The translations under genes were made by a program, and so were the position numbers. Positions 35,600-47,414 of a DNA stretch of 64,000 nt are shown here, piece by piece. Every line of letters begins with the position of its first letter. Position 1 is the stretch's first letter. The notes beneath the pieces were generated by a model, which was not told where the DNA came from, did not search any database, and was given only the letters and a program-made list of their open reading frames with translations. Origin of the DNA: Ginglymostoma cirratum (lineage: Eukaryota); contig JAHRHZ010000087.1 of assembly GCA_024137785.1 (NCBI GenBank), forward strand, positions 17,860,258 through 17,924,257. The letters run 5' to 3'.

Positions 35600-36810
35600 T
35601 AAAAACCATAATCAACAAAAACATTTATAGGCACTTGGAAAGATTTGAGTTAATTAAGGAGAGTCAGCATGAATGTGTAAAAGTCAGACTGTGTTTGACT
35701 AATCTAATTGAATTTTGTGATGAAGCACAAGACAAGGCTGATGAGGGAAATGTTGCCTATGTGTATTCGAGGAAAGTGCTTGAAAACTACTGCATGCTCA
35801 AAAAGCTGCTTAATAAAACTGATGTTTCTGGACTAGGATGAGCAACATCAACTTAGATAAATAAAAAATTGGCTTAAGTATGGAAAAGAAAGTGGAGGAT
35901 GGTAGCTAGTGTTGTCCCCCCAGGGTCAGTACTCAGGCCACTGCCATTTTTGCTGCATAGAAATAATTTGGATAGGAAAACATAAAGTTTGAGAATCAAA
36001 CTTGGAGGGGTGGCAAATGATGAGAATGATGCCAATTGACTACAACGTGACATAGGTTAGTAGCATTGGCAGACAACTGGGAAGTGGAACGGTGTATTTT
36101 GACAGAAAGGAAAGAGAAAGGCACATAAAGGCAGAGTTCTAAAGAGGGACTTGGGGTGTCACGTGGATAGATCTTTGAATGTGGCAGATCATAATGAAAG
36201 AGTAGACAGCAAAGCACCTGGAATTTTGGGTGTCATTATTAAAGGTAGTGCATATGAAAGCAGTGAAATTCTGTTGAACCTTTATGAATCTGGTTAAACC
36301 AAAGCTAGAATACCACATCTGGTGTTGGTCAACGCATTTTAGCAAGGATGTGAAGGTTTTGAGAGGCTGCAAAAGAGATTTATCATACTGGTTACAGGGA
36401 TGGCAATTTCTAGTTACAAGGTTAATTGGAAAGGTTGGAGCTTTTCTTACAGCAGAGAAGGAATGAGGGGAGATGTGGTAAAAAAATATAAGATTATGAC
36501 AGGTTTGGCTGAGGCAGCCAAAGAAAAGCCATTCCCATTAATTGATTTTATAAGGCTAGAGGACTCAAGGTTTTCAGCAAGAGCTTCTGGGAAGGTAAGC
36601 AAAAAAAAAATCTTCTGTGCAATGACTGGTAACGACCTGGAACACTCAGTCTACAAGGGTGCCAGAAACAGCAATGATCAGGAAGTTCAATGGGCATTGA
36701 AGAAAATAAACTTACAAAGCTTTCTATTTACAGTAGCGGAATGAATTTGAATGGATTACTGCACCATCATTTGGTTTTAAAGACCTCGTTCTGTGCGCTA
36801 ATGATTTTAT
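35600..36810 (+). mobile_element. Highly decayed CR1 LINE
   Basis: SQH..VK.RLCLTNLIEF, GTCCCCCAGGGTCAGTACT (VPQGSV) and LVKPKLEY..WCWS. Confidence 0.8.
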
Positions 36811-37460
36811 GAGCAATATTTATTGCCATTCCCAATGGTGAGTTACCGGAAAGAACCTTACCACCTTCCTACTTCCACTCGGGAAAATCTTTGGGAAAGC
36901 CTTTGGATGGTCTGTTATGGACACATGCTTTTGCCAATTGACAGCTATGTCAGGAACCAAGATAGTCTTGGGTTCTGAGTGGGTGTGGTGCTGACAGCAG
37001 CTCCTCCTCCCTGATGGTACTGCTATTAATTAGAACCGCTGGCCTCTATTTAGCCAGAGTTCATGGTGGCCACAACTTCCACCCTTGGTCCTTGGTATTA
37101 GACAAGGGCCATCATTGTCTGGTTAAGTGCCCGAGTCCCTTTTTTTAGCTGACACCACTTTGGCTGGCAGGAAGTGGGATGTGAATCACAGGCCAGAAGC
37201 CCAAAGTCACAGGGCTGTTTTAAATTCATACTGACTTCTAATAGATTATGTTGTCACTGCTCCAAGAGTGTTAAGCTATAGTGTGGGAGTCATCAATTTA
37301 TCAAGCAGGTGTAAACAGTCTTGAAGGCATATTAGATAAGCTGACACATCAAAGATTTTGCAGAAGATAACAGCTCATGGTGTTTAGATAGCAAATTATG
37401 TCTGGATAGAATATTTGCAGGCTGTCAGAAAACAAGGTATGCATAAATTGGCCTTTAGTA

Positions 37461-37800
37461 TCATAGAATCCTTACAACGCAGAAAGAGGCCATTTAGTCT
37501 ATAAAGTCTGCAGCGATCCTTTGAAGGGCATCCCATCCAATCCCTGTAACCTTGCATTTCCTATGGGCAACCCACCCAGCCTACACATCCCTGGTACACT
37601 ACAGGGGAATTTACCATGGCCAATGCATCCAACCTGCACATTTTTGGACTGTGGAGGAAACTAGAACACCCAGTAGAAATCTATATAAACATGGAGAGAA
37701 CATATAAGATGCACACAGACAGTCACACTCGGCTGGAATTGAACGTGGATCCCTGGCGCTGAGAGGCAACGATACTAACCACTGAGCCACTGTGCCGCCC
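37461..37800 (-). mobile_element. HE1-like V-SINE
   Basis: GGGCGGCACAGTGGCTCAGTGGTTAG head on the minus strand, with V-domain and tail. Confidence 0.88.
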
Positions 37801-37844
37801 ATATGTGACAAGTCAAATCCAGCACAAATCTGTGCTGCAGCTTC

Positions 37845-39062
37845 CACTTTTTACAATTTACATCAATGATTTACATGAGGGTGTGAATGCATGGTGGTTA
37901 ATTTTGTAGGCAACAACAGATAGGTAGTAAAATATGTTCTGAAGAAGATGTAAGGAAGTTGCAGACATATACAGATAGGTTGAATGAGTGGGCAAAAAGC
38001 TGGCAGATGGAGTATAGTTTGGGAAAATGTGAAGCTGTTCACTTTGGCAGGAAGATTAAAAAAAAGCAAACAATTACTTAGATGAAGAATGACTGAAGAA
38101 TTCTGAGCTACAAAGGGATTTAGATGTTTTGGTGTATGAGATGTAGAAGGTAAGTATGCAGATACAGGACGTAAAAAAAAGGCTATCCTTTATTACCAAA
38201 GGAATTGATCGTAAAGGTAAGGACCTTGTATTTCAGTTGAGCAATGTATTGGTGAGACAACATGAAAAACATTACGTACTGTTTGGATTACCTTATTTAA
38301 GGAAGGATGTAAATGTATTGGAGATAGTTCAGAGGAGGTATACTAGATTGATATCTGGAATGCCTGGATTGTCTTAGGAGGAAGAGTAGGAATGGTTTGG
38401 TGTTTTCCCAGATGGAATACAATGTGAGAAAGTGTGAGGTTATGCACTTTGGTAGGAAGCTTAGAAGTGTAGACTATTTTCTATCTCAAAAGGCTTTGGA
38501 AACAGAAGCACAAAGAGACTTGGGAATCCTGGTTCAGGATTCTTTTTGGATTAACATGCAGGTTCAGTTGGCAGTTATGAAGGCAAATGCAATGTTAGCA
38601 TTCATTTCAAGAGGACTAGAATACAAGGGCAGAGATGTACTGCTGTATAAGGCTCTGGTCAGATTGCGTTTGGAATATTATGAGGAGTTTTGGGCCCCAA
38701 TTCTACGGAAAGATGTGCTGGCCTTGGAGGAGGTACAGAGGAGGCTTATAAGAATGATCCCAGAGATGAAGGGCTTGTCATATGAGGAGTGGTTAAGGAT
38801 TCTGGGTCTGACTCGATGGTGTTTACAAGATAATGGGGACTCTCATTGAAGCTCATAGAATAATGAGAGACTGGATAGAGTGGACATAGAAGCCAAGTTA
38901 CTGAGCATATTTATGTTAGATAGTTTTTCGATTGGTAAAGAGATTAAAAGTTATGGGCAGAAGGCAAGAGAAAGAGGTTGAGAAACATATCAACCATGAC
39001 CAAATGGTGGAGCAGACTAGATGCACCATTATGGCTTAATTCTGCTGCTGTGTCTTATGGTC
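37845..39062 (+). mobile_element. Two adjacent CR1 3' fragments (about 37845-38390 and 38400-39062)
   Basis: The WQME....KCE..HFG segment occurs twice. QRDLGILV, LYKALVR.RLEY and tail TCTTATGGTCT. Confidence 0.85.
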
Positions 39063-39119
39063 TAATATTTCACTTGAAAGTGGACACAAGTTTGAATCTA
39101 TAGTAGTGAGTTAAAAATA

Positions 39120-40895
39120 ATGCTACAGTCAGCAAAGTGCAGCAAACCAACAAGATCTGTCATCCCAAAAGATGCGAAGCATTTCTTCACATTTGCAAAT
39201 CTTTTGGCACCAAAAGCCATTGGGCGTGCATCTGTAGGAAATCTGGTTTCAAAAGCCATGCCAGATCCCAGAACAGAACATAGGTGACAGATAAGATGGC
39301 ACAACAGCACAACACTAGCAACTTGGACCATCTTAAAGAATGTGCACCTATGCAAGAATTGATGGAGTGCATAGTCAACTAATAAAGATAAATTTCAGAG
39401 ATAACCAAGCTGGCCATAGTGTTAATCTCAAGCACTATGTTAACTGTTTAAGACAATCGCAAGCTTTTACAATCATTAACATCACATGCCCTGAAAGGGC
39501 GGGGTGTCAAATATTAAAAGCTAAATTGACATGGGAGCCAGTGGCAACATACTATCACTGCACATCCTGAAAGACATGTAATTCAGTAAGTGGTGCTATA
39601 TGGTAATAATGGCACAGGAGGCGGTCTCACAACGTACAATGGCTTACCAATTCTATGCATTGGCACATTGACACTGCAGAGTCAACCAGCAAGTTCATCT
39701 TGGCTTCTTGAAATCTTCTACCTGGCAAATACAAATGTCAATCAGTGAAAGAACTGCCAGTGTGCACACATCTCCGTGTAGTAACAATTCATGAGATTCA
39801 TACCATTCCTTCCGTTGTGGAATGGACTAGGTGTGATACATCAAATCAGTCAACAATTTCAAACAGATGCACCCAAACCTCTTCAACATGAGCAACAACA
39901 GTGGTGCAATATTTCATCTTGAGGATTGTACAACCCCTTTTATTGACCCTTCAAATAAGTGCAGTGTGCACATTCAGATGAAGCTTTGTGCAGAAATCTA
40001 TGAGATGGAACTAAATAGTATCATTTCTAAGGTCAACCACCGCATGGATTGGTGTAGCTCCATCACATGTGTCCTAAGGAAAGATGGCAGCACAAGATTA
40101 TATGCTTAGATCCAATGCACCTCAACCTTTAGCTTAAGAGGTGTCCACCTAGAATGCCAACTCTGCAAGAGTTAAATCGTAAATGTGTTGGAGCCAGGTT
40201 CTCTTCCAAACTGAAACAAAATCAGAAATTACTGGACATTGCTCCAGAACTCTGAAGAAGGGTCACTGGACCCGAAATGTTAACCCTGCTTTCTCTCCAT
40301 AGATGCTGCCAGACCTGCTGAGTTTTTCCAGCAATTTCTGACTTTGTTTCTGACTTACAGTATCCACAATTCTTTGTTTTCTTTTCCAAACTGGATGTGA
40401 AACATGGAGCAACTAGATAGTGGAAGAATCCCAAGAGCTCATAATATTTTGGATACCGTTTGGACGGCTCTATTTCTTAATATTAACATTTGGTTATCAG
40501 TTAACCAAAACTTATTCCAGCAGCACATGGATAGATGTATTGAAAATGCAACTGGCTGGCTTTGCATAGCTGATCATGGTTAAGGATAAGATTTTTTTCA
40601 AATAAGATGTTTGAAGATTTTTTTTATCTTAAGTATAAAGGGGATGTGGTGTTGTCTCATCACCATGTCATAGTATCTGATGTCAACGTATAAATGTCTC
40701 AGACACTATCTTAATTGGTGTTATTTGACATTTGAAGGAAGTATGCTATTGTTTGTAACTGAAAAGCTTAATATTAACCTAGGCACTAAAGTGCCTGAAG
40801 GTGTAACAAGTGTGCATATATGTAGAGCTGTAATAAACATCACTTAAATTGTCTGGTACTACGTTACCTATGTTCTGTTCTGGGAGGTAACATCA
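39120..40895 (+). mobile_element. Ty3/Gypsy LTR retrotransposon relic (gag knuckle, protease, RT, PPT, 3' LTR)
   Basis: CHPKRCEAFLHICKSFGTKSHWACICRK (~39157), IDMGASGNIL (~39525), DWCSSITCVLRKDGS..CLDP, GARFSSKL|DVKHG, PFGR and CIAD. Purine tract AAAGGGGA (40637-40644), then TGTGG...AATAAA...AACATCA (40645-40895). Confidence 0.8.
40214..40383 (+). mobile_element. Family-B hammerhead mini-insertion inside the Gypsy RT, 10-bp TSD
   Basis: TTCCAAACTG at 40204-40213 and 40384-40393. CTGAAGA-A-GGGTC-ACTG-GACCC-GAAAT-GTT at 40252-40281. Short inverted head at 40214-40236. Confidence 0.88.
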
Positions 40896-41899
40896 GTATT
40901 GTTGCATCATTCATAAGTATCCTGCTGGCAGCAAAGCCCACACCACCGTGGCAGATCGGTAATGCAAATTACCTTTATACACATTGTTGTGTCAATTATA
41001 TGTGGTGTCATTATGATAAAAATCATATGCAGATGCTTCCCTAAAGAGTTTATCAAATAGTTTATGAAGATATTCACCCCTGAAACATAGTATTCCTTGC
41101 CTCCTTTTCAGCCTGGTTTTTAAGGATTGCAGAAACGAACCTATTCAGGTAGACCTATAGCAAAAGGAAAAACCAGTAATACTTGAAAGTGAATATACTA
41201 ATCATACTGGGTCTCTATTTTGAGGTATAGGAGATGACTTAAACCAGAATGGTTCATTCACAAGTTTTACTATTTTTTCTTCTGTGATATAACTGCATAT
41301 ATAGCCATGAAGCCATATAGTGGCTTTAGTGAGTTAATTACTTGATGGAATCAATTTTAACAACCTGTGGAATTATTGTGCCTTTACATTACAGAAAATG
41401 GAATGTGAAAATGTTTATACTGACAAGCACATTTCATTCAACATAGTGAGGCTGGAGAATAAGCAAATATGATAAAGAGGACCAGCTCTTCAATAATGCA
41501 ATTTTATTTTTTACCATTAGAGGTTTAGTTATCATCAACTGAAATAGTTCTTTTCTCTGTAATTGCGAAGAAAATCAATACTTTTGACAAGGTATCACAA
41601 ATCAAACAACTGTTCAGTGACAGGATTTTTGATTGCAGATCACTGCATTTATCTGTCTTGACTTTGAACATTACAACATGCATTTGACTGTGACACTGGC
41701 AAGTTTTCTGTGAGCAGTCAATAGATTACAGGGGAAAGGTAACTTAATTAAAGTTGTGCTGTCTATATGCTTGATATTTTCTAGTCTTAAAACGCCAGGT
41801 TTGCAAATAAATTTCCTTTAACCATTTCTGTGATTTTCTGCTTACAATGCATGTGCGCAATACACTTGGAGTATCGGTTATAGGAAAATGGATAATGAA

Positions 41900-42540
41900 T
41901 TTTATAGAGTCAGTGTCTCCACCTTCTCAGCATAAAAAAATTGGGCTGATGGGGGGAGTCTGTTGAACCCACCTTCACTTAGACAAAGCACCTTGCAGCC
42001 ATTTAATGTCTATGTAATTTCTTGTGACTTTAACCCCCAGTCCTCAAAGATACTCTGGCTCTGAGAGCTGCCAGCTAAGAAAGTAGCCAGCTCTCCTGTA
42101 CCAGCAGTACCACTAGGAGTGGTTGCCTTTGCTAGGACTACAGCAGACTCTGGCATGGAAGGTGGTGATATGGGGCACCCAGGACAGTAGCAAGAGGCAG
42201 AGCTGCTGGGGGCATCTTAAAGAGAAAGGGTAAATGAATGTTTCAGGTCAGGTTTGGCTTTATCCAAACTGTTATATTGGTGGATCTGCACTAAAAAAAC
42301 ATTGATCACACTTTTTTCTCTCACATAATGGGGTGGAATTTAATAGCTTTGGTACTAACCTGGGCCAATGGCTGGAAAGCTGGTGGCAACACTGTTACAG
42401 CACTAGATTCTGGGAACCCTAGTGAGGTTAAATAGTTATCAGTTAACTGCCTGCTGTTGGGGTGCCTAAGCCCTGAACAATGAAAAGCCCAACTCAGATT
42501 GCTGACAGATCTTCATTCTGAACAGCAGCACTTTTGTTTT
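41900..42540. repeat. Probable non-autonomous dispersed repeat fragments (similar block at about 36830-37250)
   Basis: Shared motifs such as CTGCCAGC.AA, CAGCAGTACCACT..GAGTGGT and TGACAGC. Resemblance only. Confidence 0.3.
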
Positions 42541-42647
42541 CCTTTCTCAATTATTCTTCTTTAAGCCTGCACATGAAGAATTATCTTAACTTGCTGTTGT
42601 TGCCTCAACCAGGATCTGGGGTTCATTTGCACTACAGGTGATCCCAC

Positions 42648-42950
42648 CACACTATACACTCTCACATATACACACACACACGTACATACACACGTATTCT
42701 CTCACACAAACACTCACATACACAAACACACACATGTTCTAACATAGATCCTCTCTCATACACACAGTCTCTCAAGCGTGCACACACACACAGACACACT
42801 CACTCTCTCTCTCCCACATGTACAGATACGCGCACACACACTCTTTCTGTCTCACGCACACAATACCTCTCTCCCAACCCCCCAACACACACACACACCC
42901 TCTCTGTCTGTCTCTCTCTCTCTCACACTCATACACGCGCGCACACACGT
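42648..42950. repeat. Compound (CA)n/(CT)n degenerate microsatellite
   Basis: Directly visible alternating CACACA and CTCTCT tracts. Confidence 0.95.
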
Positions 42951-43452
42951 CTATTAATCCATGAGTGAATTTGTATTTGCAGATGCATTCTATTCAAAAA
43001 GCACACAATTTATAGACAGTCAGTCAATGTGGCATTTTATAAGTTCATATTTTAGAACTAAAACCAGACTGACTCCAAACCAAAACAAACAGATTCTAAA
43101 CAAGGCTCACATCTAACATGCACTGTCTGACGTAAAATGTCGCCTCTTCTTTACACTAATAAAACCTTTAGTTCTCTCAGGGCAGTGACTTGAAAGAAAT
43201 TTGAGGATTTACATATACGTATTAATCAATTAAAACCTTCTAACTGATTAAAGGTTTAATAGCATCTTAGGTTTGTTTAATACATCCTCATCAGTTGTGT
43301 GACCCTTTGATCATTTACTTGTAAATTCTGTGTTCTGTGTGCTCCTTTCTCACTTTACCTGACAAAGGGGCTATGCTTCAAAAGATTGTGTTTTCCTGTT
43401 GGACTATAACCTGGTGTTGGGTGATTTCTGACCTTGTTTCACCCCAGTTCAA
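42950..43452 (+). mobile_element. 3' region of a third PLE family, with a decayed hammerhead at about 43359-43392
   Basis: CCTGACAAAGGGGCTATGCTTCAAAAGATT (decayed CTGANGA-stem-GAAAG), followed by CCTGTTGGACTATAACCTGGTGTTG...CAACACCGGCACCTCC, a shark PLE terminus as I recall it. Confidence 0.55.
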
Positions 43453-45629
43453 CACCGGCACCTCCATACCATTGTTAACTTTGTCATCAAGTAAATAATT
43501 CAGAGACATGTTAATCATTCTTCAAAATCTCAACTGCATACTTCTAACTTGATTTGTTAGATGGAGTACAACGGTTTGTGACCTTTCTTCTTGAGATCAA
43601 ATTTGCTCTGGGTGACAAGGAATTAGTTTCTTTCATGGCTACTCAATTTAGGTTTATCCCCTCAGCCACCAGTGGGCTTTTACTGGTCTTACTGCTTTTC
43701 TAAAGGCTTGTTTCCCCATTACTTTTTGAGACTTGTATTGCTCTGGTAGTTTCTCTGGAGGGTTTTCTGTACAGAAACATTTCCTTTACAGCAGTAGATC
43801 AGCCCTCGGGCTTTTCTGGTGGCTCGCTAGGTCTTAAAACTGCATTGATTTCTTGAAAAACCAACTATTTGAATTGTTCACTTCTCCAAGTGATCTCGGG
43901 TTTGTATCACAACCATTTTTTGACATTCACTGTGACATAGTTTTCAAGGTAGTGAATTCCATAACTGCCACCAGCTTTTATTGTGTGCTTTGACACCACA
44001 CTGTGAGTTTGGTTTGTTTACAGATTGCTCATGTATAAAGCAAAGTCAAGAAATGTCCTCGTGGTTAGACTGCAGTGTAACACTATGCTTATGATACTTT
44101 CATACTAAATACTACAATATTTGGTAATCATGCATAAACTGAGGCTTTGATTCATATATTTGTCTTGGCCTAATAGAACTATCTTCATTAACTATTCATG
44201 TGCAATTACTCTTAAGACTGTCTCATTCTAGATTGCTTTAGTCTTGTGGTGTTCTTCCAGTGTGTTCTAACTCCATTGATTATTTCCATTTATGCACAAT
44301 GATGTGCAGCTCCATGATATAACCATAAAATTGCTGCAGAGTCCTGATGCTTTTTCACAACAATCATGAGGAGTGGAGGCTGCTTTAGGTCCAGCAGAAC
44401 GTGCAGTCTAGAGTCAAGGGGTGGCAGTGGAGGTGGCCATTGTTGTTGGAGGTCTAGCCATGCGGTGTCAGGTACCCAGTAGATAAATCCTTCTCCGCAC
44501 CCTGAACCTGTAATAAATTTGACACGGAGGGGGGCCATTTTCATTTTTATATCATTCAACCTGGTTTTTAGCTGGTCCAGCCACTCTCTGGTACCAGATG
44601 AATTTATGTCCAGTATTTTGTGCCTTATACACACGCACCAATGAGACATTGGCCGAGGCTTGTGCTTGTTCCTTTTCCCATCTGCAGCAACCTCTGAGTC
44701 ATTGAGGCAGATTGGTTTGCATATTTTTATCCCACCTTGCCCCTACTCCATCATTTTAGGCCTTTTTCCATCTTGAACTGTGATGAATCCTCATAGGTGA
44801 TGACTTCACCTTGGTGTGCCTCACACATGTCCAGCATCAATAGTTACCCGGTCACCAGGATATACATGGCTGCCTTGCTATAATGTATGCCCCCTTCATT
44901 TCTCCATATCTTTCCACCCAATGGAAGATATGATAGCCGGGATCCCTGACAGTCAAGAGGACCGCTAGAGACCAAGCTAACGTCAGGCGTCTAGAAAAGG
45001 TCACAAGTAACAAAAGAGATGCCAAGATATGCAGGGGAACCTCCGGTCTATATGCCAGTCTTGACCAATCACTGGAGGAGTCTACCCAAGCTATGAGCTT
45101 TCATGGCCCTGGTATGTGAGTAGTTGGCTTTCTCCCTTGCCGATACCTTCCTACTTGCCCTGGGGGCATTGAGAGACTGGGTAGGAGCCATTACGTTTCT
45201 CCTCCACTGCACATTTCTATTATTTCCTACTTTTAATTTCAAATGTTCAACATTCACAGTTTTTCTGATTATCCTATTAGCACTGAAAGGTTTTCAAAGA
45301 GGATTCATTCCAGGTTGATCAGTCAATATTCTCTCGATGCTATTGACATTCTGATGGAGTTTAATCTTAGATGTAAACCACTAAATGCGAAACAAAGAAG
45401 AGCACTGAAGCAGCTTTATGGTTGGAGGTATTTAATTATTTTTTAAATCAAGGTGCTTTTAATTACTTGCTTTATCTTGCATTAAATGATACTAGATACA
45501 GGATTTCTTTTTATTCAATCAAAAGTCAGTACTATTCCAAAGCTCGGCAATATGGGCTGTGAAGGCCAATTGCACGGAATTAAGAGGTTATTACTGAAGA
45601 AAGAAAGTGAACCACGCTGATGCACTACT

Positions 45630-47070
45630 CTTCAAATATGTGATAGATTTGGGCAATTTCCATTGGGAATAGAAATCTGTTTGCTAATTTGCTCACTCTG
45701 ACACTTCCAATAATCTGAAAAGCACATGTTTTGAATAATTCCTGATTCCAGGAAGAGAAGGGACACTGGATTGGGGCAAAGGGGAGGAGAAGCGAGGGGA
45801 GGTGAGTTTGAGATACAGCGTTCCCCCTGTGCTTTTGCCATCCTTAAGTAGAGACCATGGTTCAATGCAGGACTTGCTGGATGACTCTCCAAGTTAATCA
45901 CCAATGGCTTTGTGGGTAATTGCCATGCACTCGCATACCAGAGCGATGAAAGCTCATACTTGGATAGACTCCACCACTGATTGCTCAAGACTGACACATT
46001 GACTGGGCAGGCCCTTGCATATCTCTGCATCTCCTGTAGTTCCTTGTGACCTTTTCTAAAAGCCTGTCATTAGCTTGGTCTCTAGCAGTCCTCTGACTGT
46101 CAGGGATCTCGGCTATCACATCCTCCATCAGCTGCTGCAATGTATCTCTGAAATGTTTATGGGATTTTAACCCTGAACCTAATTGCCAACTTGTTTCCAC
46201 CAAGATGACTATCTGTCCGGAGGTGGTGAAGAATGGTAGGGATGATGTGACTTTGCCTCCTTCTGAGTGTTTTGTGTCATCATTCCTCCAAGGTGGTGTT
46301 CTGGCTTATTGCAAACTGTGGGTCATATGTCTCTTATCTGTGAGTACTGTAATGGAGAACACAGAGTTAGCTTGTGGTTATGCATAATCCCATGTCCCAC
46401 TTGAACGCTTGGTTTTTGTCATCCTCACTCTGTTCTCTTGACTCTGTGGGTTCACCTTCTGCAACTGAGTGTCTGTTCCAATTTCCAGGCCAGTTCAACG
46501 TCTTCCATCTCTGCAGGGGTCAATTTGCAAATGTTAAGGTCATTGCCACCAGTCTTCCAGTGCTCCCTGAATTTATATACATTTTTGTCCTGCAGACACA
46601 CACAAAGGATTTACTATCATTTCAATAGACAACAAAACCCTTTCAGAGCATGCAGGCCTGTGACAGCCAATGTCATCTCCGAAGTAAACAAATAATCCTG
46701 CCTGGCAAACCTCTCCACTCTCTCTATTACATTGTTTGATGTCATCATGAGTGTCACTATGCAGTGACTATACCATGGTACTTACCGTTATTAAGTCCAG
46801 GAGATTGTTGTTTGGGGCATTTTTGTTCTAAAACCCAGTTTTAGAACAAAGAATAGTATAGCACAGGAACAGGCCATTCAGCCCACCACTACTGCAAATT
46901 TTTGATTGTGAACCGTATCACTAGTAATCTCTGCTGCAACCTCCACCCAGGGCGTCTTGGACAAGTTGGAGGGTCTTCTGCTATCAATGGGAAACTGGAT
47001 CCCTTGGAGGGGAATCTGCAGGGAGGCAATGTTAAACCTTGTGTCCGCTTCTGAATGGAGTGACAACAGG
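45630..47070 (-). pseudogene. PIF/Harbinger-type Myb/SANT-like gene, decayed, with a 196-bp intron (46590-46785)
   Basis: Exon 1: TRFNIASLQI...FPIDSRRPSNLSKTPWVEVAAEITS. Donor G|GTAAGT at 46786/46785, acceptor GTGTCTGCAG| at 46590. Exon 2: DKNVYKFREHWKTGGNDLNICKLTPAEMEDVELA. Confidence 0.7.
46840..46900 (-). mobile_element. CR1 tail stub inserted in Myb/SANT exon 1
   Basis: TAGAACAAAGAATAGTATAGCACAGGAACAGGCCATTCAGCCC. Confidence 0.6.
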
Positions 47071-47164
47071 TGAGCAGGTCAACAAGGGGAAGAGAATGGC
47101 AGCAGCTTCAGGGATTCAAGTGGAAGTAGGTGGACAATGGTTGATAGCAGCCTTGGTCTAAATT

Positions 47165-47275
47165 CCAAAGCTGCAGGAGAAATTCAGAAGACTTGGCAGC
47201 ATCTATGGAGAAAAAGCAGAGTTAACGTCTCAAGTCAGTGACCCTTTGCACCTGCAGTTCTTTGTTTAATTTTAG
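47165..47275. mobile_element. Decayed family-B mini-element (inverted part plus forward tail)
   Basis: GGCAGCATCTATGGAGAAAAAGCAGAGTTAACGTCTCAAGTCAGTGACCCTT, then GCACCTGCAGTTCTTTGTTT. Confidence 0.6.
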
Positions 47276-47414
47276 CTCAACTTCCTCCTTTCTGACAGTC
47301 AGAATGATAATCCTGGCTTAAAGGACTGAATGCTAGTATGGGGGCTACTTGAATATACCACTCAGATATTTAACGCTGTGAGGTAACAGTGGCATAGTCT
47401 ATTTCCCTGCCACT

